Below, one piece after another: positions 59,906 through 64,000 of a stretch of 64,000 nucleotides of DNA. The DNA is taken from NCBI GenBank assembly GCA_965603825.1, contig CBFDEM010000057.1, positions 794,818 to 858,817 of the forward strand, read 5' to 3'. Numbering within the stretch: the first letter of the stretch is position 1; the number at the start of each line of letters is the position of its first letter. The position numbers and the translations under genes were made by a program. This stretch comes from Blepharisma stoltei ATCC 30299. Lineage: Eukaryota; Protista; Ciliophora. The notes beneath the pieces were generated by a model. The model made no database searches and was not told the origin of the DNA. It worked only from the letters and a program-made list of their open reading frames with translations.

Positions 59906-60961
59906 TTAAAGCCTACTCATGACTTTTTTACTTAAATCAAATTTGTAAGGACTCTGATTAGGGCTTGTTATGATATATATTCCTCCTTTATTATATAAGC
60001 ACCGCATTGGGTATGGATCATTGGGGATTTTTGAAGTTCCTATTTTTTTCCAAGTATATTCATCTCAAATTTCGCTTTCATAGATTTTTTTATTAAAATA
60101 TCCAATCAAATACAATCTTCCTTCTATTTCTATTAGTTTCTTTCTTGTCTTCTTTGCAAATTCATAAGGGATACTTGAGAAAGAGTCGATGTCAATTGAA
60201 TATTTCAAAAGATTTCTATTTTTATATCTGGAAATTATGATATTTCCTTTAAATATAACAATATTGCAAATGAAATCAGTGAGCGGCATCGGTATTAATT
60301 TAATCCACCGATTTTGATCAAAATCAAATCTGCTAGATAGATTTAAAGGAACATTATACTTAGATCCTCCAAAGCAATAAACACTTCTGTTGAAATATAT
60401 AGCTGATGAGTAGCCGCAAGGCGTTCCAGATGGCAGCAATCGAATATTATAATGACTATCAATTTTTAAAGTAATCCCAGAAGCTGGATAAGCATTGTTT
60501 CCAGAACAGAATAGCTCGCCATATGGAAGTTGAGCAATGCATGTGGCATAGCTTAATCATTCTGGAGTCTCCAAAACTTTCAACCCTTCTCTTTCGCTTT
60601 CAGTGTCATAAATAATCAAAGTAGTTTTATTATATTGTCAATCAATAAGATAAAGAGATGCTATTTGATGATAGGCTTTGACATATTCTTGATATGCTAG
60701 GGTCAGTTGTAAATCAGAATCAAAATTCTGATTTTCATATAATTTGCAAATTCTTCTGAAATCTTGCTCTGTTTTTGGGTCATTGTTTGTTTTATTTAAA
60801 ATTGCAGATTTTTTGGCTCTTAACTCTTCAATAGTTAGTGTTTGGCTTACGAGGTCTTGATTAAGATGATTTATAGCTGGTTTTCTTATGTTACTGATAT
60901 CTAAGTCTGAATTTCATTGAAAATTAATTAAGCTATCTTGACTTTTAGAGCTTAATTCCAT
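59906..60961 (-). CDS. Divergent Kelch-like beta-propeller protein, 351 aa, last gene before the telomere
   Basis: CIAQLPYGELFCSG, SAIYFNRSVYCFGG, RFDFDQNRWIKLIPMP; open frame with four TGAs. Confidence 0.75.
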
Positions 60962-61454
60962 TTATACATTTCTAAAAGATTGGAACAACTATTTTTGATT
61001 TTATCAAGGAAATAAGCCATTAAACATCAAGAATTGATGTAAATTTCTTTCAGTCAATAATAGTCCCTATTTATTAATGTCCATTGAAAATAATAAATGT
61101 ATTGCCAAATTCAATACTTTCTTTAAATTTGTTTCATCCAAAAAACTAATAGCAATAAAATTATATCGGTTAATGCTGTAAATAATCCTATAAGTAATTG
61201 CTATCAATGTGATTTCTTCACATTTCATGTATAGATCCCTACAATTATATTTTGCAGCACAGGAAGTACTTGGATATCTGTATTTTCTAATTGGGAATTT
61301 TGAGAACTTTATTTTATAGCTGAAATGCCATGGTATTGGCGATACTTAATTAGTTCGCTTCATCTGCTAAAATTAATTTTCCTTTGACTCTAATTGTTTA
61401 TAGGAATTTTCCATTCAGCTTGCTATTTTTGACTAATCTTTTATAAAACATCTA

Positions 61455-64000
61455 AGGGTGTTAGGGTGTTAGGGTGTTAGGGTGTTAGGGTGTTAGGGTG
61501 TTAGGGTGTTAGGGTGTTAGGGTGTTAGGGTGTTAGGGTGTTAGGGTGTTAGGGTGTTAGGGTGTTAGGGTGTTAGGGTGTTAGGGTGTTAGGGTGTTAG
61601 GGTGTTAGGGTGTTAGGGTGTTAGGGTGTTAGGGTGTTAGGGTGTTAGGGTGTTAGGGTGTTAGGGTGTTAGGGTGTTAGGGTGTTAGGGTGTTAGGGTG
61701 TTAGGGTGTTAGGGTGTTAGGGTGTTAGGGTGTTAGGGTGTTAGGGTGTTAGGGTGTTAGGGTGTTAGGGTGTTAGGGTGTTAGGGTGTTAGGGTGTTAG
61801 GGTGTTAGGGTGTTAGGGTGTTAGGGTGTTAGGGTGTTAGGGTGTTAGGGTGTTAGGGTGTTAGGGTGTTAGGGTGTTAGGGTGTTAGGGTGTTAGGGTG
61901 TTAGGGTGTTAGGGTGTTAGGGTGTTAGGGTGTTAGGGTGTTAGGGTGTTAGGGTGTTAGGGTGTTAGGGTGTTAGGGTGTTAGGGTGTTAGGGTGTTAG
62001 GGTGTTAGGGTGTTAGGGTGTTAGGGTGTTAGGGTGTTAGGGTGTTAGGGTGTTAGGGTGTTAGGGTGTTAGGGTGTTAGGGTGTTAGGGTGTTAGGGTG
62101 TTAGGGTGTTAGGGTGTTAGGGTGTTAGGGTGTTAGGGTGTTAGGGTGTTAGGGTGTTAGGGTGTTAGGGTGTTAGGGTGTTAGGGTGTTAGGGTGTTAG
62201 GGTGTTAGGGTGTTAGGGTGTTAGGGTGTTAGGGTGTTAGGGTGTTAGGGTGGTGTTAGGGTGTTAGGGTGTTAGGGTGTTAGGGTGTTAGGGTGTTAGG
62301 GTGTTAGGGTGTTAGGGTGTTAGGGTGTTAGGGTGTTAGGGTGTTAGGGTGTTAGGGTGTTAGGGTGTTAGGGTGTTAGGGTGTTAGGGTGTTAGGGTGT
62401 TAGGGTGTTAGGGTGTTAGGGTGTTAGGGTGTTAGGGTGTTAGGGTGTTAGGGTGTTAGGGTGTTAGGGTGTTAGGGTGTTAGGGTGTTAGGGTGTTAGG
62501 GTGTTAGGGTGTTAGGGTGTTAGGGTGTTAGGGTGTTAGGGTGTTAGGGTGTTAGGGTGTTAGGGTGTTAGGGTGTTAGGGTGTTAGGGTGTTAGGGTGT
62601 TAGGGTGTTAGGGTGTTAGGGTGTTAGGGTGTTAGGGTGTTAGGGTGTTAGGGTGTTAGGGTGTTAGGGTGTTAGGGTGTTAGGGTGTTAGGGTGTTAGG
62701 GTGTTAGGGTGTTAGGGTGTTAGGGTGTTAGGGTGTTAGGGTGTTAGGGTGTTAGGGTGTTAGGGTGTTAGGGTGTTAGGGTGTTAGGGTGTTAGGGTGT
62801 TAGGGTGTTAGGGTGTTAGGGTGTTAGGGTGTTAGGGTGTTAGGGTGTTAGGGTGTTAGGGTGTTAGGGTGTTAGGGTGTTAGGGTGTTAGGGTGTTAGG
62901 GTGTTAGGGTGTTAGGGTGTTAGGGTGTTAGGGTGTTAGGGTGTTAGGGGTGTTAGGGTGTTAGGGTGTTAGGGTGTTAGGGTGTTAGGGTGTTAGGGTG
63001 TTAGGGTGTTAGGGTGTTAGGGTGTTAGGGTGTTAGGGTGTTAGGGTGTTAGGGTGTTAGGGTGTTAGGGTGTTAGGGTGTTAGGGTGTTAGGGTGTTAG
63101 GGTGTTAGGGTGTTAGGGTGTTAGGGTGTTAGGGTGTTTAGGGTGTTAGGGTGTTAGGGTGTTAGGGTGTTAGGGTGTTAGGGTGTTAGGGTGTTAGGGT
63201 GTTAGGGTGTTAGGGTGTTAGGGTGTTAGGGTGTTAGGGTGTTAGGGTGTTAGGGTGTTAGGGTGTTAGGGTGTTAGGGTGTTAGGGTGTTAGGGTGTTA
63301 GGGTGTTAGGGTGTTAGGGTGTTAGGGTGTTAGGGTGTTAGGGTGTTAGGGTGTTAGGGTGTTAGGGTGTTAGGGTGTTAGGGTGTTAGGGTGTTAGGGT
63401 GTTAGGGTGTTAGGGTGTTAGGGTGTTAGGGTGTTAGGGTGTTAGGGTGTTAGGGTGTTAGGGTGTTAGGGTGTTAGGGTGTTAGGGTGTTAGGGTGTTA
63501 GGGTGTTAGGGTGTTAGGGTGTTAGGGTGTTAGGGTGTTAGGGTGTTAGGGTGTTAGGGTGTTAGGGTGTTAGGGTGTTAGGGTGTTAGGGTGTTAGGGT
63601 GTTAGGGTGTTAGGGTGTTAGGGTGTTAGGGTGTTAGGGTGTTAGGGTGTTAGGGTGTTAGGGTGTTAGGGTGTTAGGGTGTTAGGGTGTTAGGGTGTTA
63701 GGGTGTTAGGGTGTTAGGGTGTTAGGGTGTTAGGGTGTTAGGGTGTTAGGGTGTTAGGGTGTTAGGGTGTTAGGGTGTTAGGGTGTTAGGGTGTTAGGGT
63801 GTTAGGGTGTTAGGGTGTTAGGGTGTTAGGGTGTTAGGGTGTTAGGGTGTTAGGGTGTTAGGGTGTTAGGGTGTTAGGGTGTTAGGGTGTTAGGGTGTTA
63901 GGGTGTTAGGGTGTTAGGGTGTTAGGGTGTTAGGGTGTTAGGGTGTTAGGGTGTTAGGGTGTTAGGGTGTTAGGGTGTTAGGGTGTTAGGGTGTTAGGGT
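61455..64000 (+). repeat. Telomeric repeat array (TTAGGGTG)n = (CCCTAACA)n, ~2.55 kb, runs to window end
   Basis: Near-perfect 8-mer tandem array with the G-rich strand running 5'->3' toward the end. Confidence 0.98.

Noticed and set aside
60970-61450. Possible degenerate ORF next to the telomere
   Set aside because: Only short AT-rich frames with no identifiable homology
1-61454. Bacterial/mitochondrial (table 4) origin or mobile elements
   Set aside because: Spliceosomal introns, eukaryotic signalling genes and a telomere indicate a nuclear (macronuclear) chromosome; no transposase or terminal inverted repeats seen
61455-64000. CRISPR array or satellite
   Set aside because: No spacers; perfect G-rich 8-mer at the sequence end is a telomere

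Overview
Eukaryotic, AT-rich, gene-dense chromosome end from a heterotrich ciliate macronucleus, most consistent with Blepharisma. Three diagnostics are visible in the sequence: (i) a terminal >=2.5 kb array of the 8-mer TTAGGGTG (CCCTAACA on the other strand) from ~61455 to the window end; (ii) in-frame TGA at invariant Trp positions of conserved proteins (CK1, importin alpha, SCOT, Rab, Kelch, WD40), with genes ending only in TAA/TAG, so UGA=Trp; (iii) at least 13 spliceosomal introns of exactly 15 nt (GTA...A at position 10...AG). The supplied standard-code ORF track therefore fragments or misses many genes. Re-reading with UGA=Trp and tiny introns gives about 40 genes. Housekeeping and signalling genes include PKG, CDPK, DYRK, Aurora, CK1, Rab, RPSA, importin alpha, SCOT, an SK-type K+ channel and two GSTs. 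Genes absent or barely visible in the track include a LAMTOR4-like subunit, an ionotropic glutamate receptor-like channel, a 1484-aa STAND/NB-ARC-TPR protein, a 1287-aa WD40-ankyrin-TRP-like channel and a RING-like/DBP5 helicase fusion. The most intriguing item is the NLR-like protein: its first 74 aa end in LCGG, directly followed by GNCATS, which suggests a ubiquitin-like leader whose cleavage exposes a myristoylation site. The last ~17 kb before the telomere holds paralogue-family genes, two pseudogene relics and a chimeric gene. All calls come from manual reading; no database searches were run.
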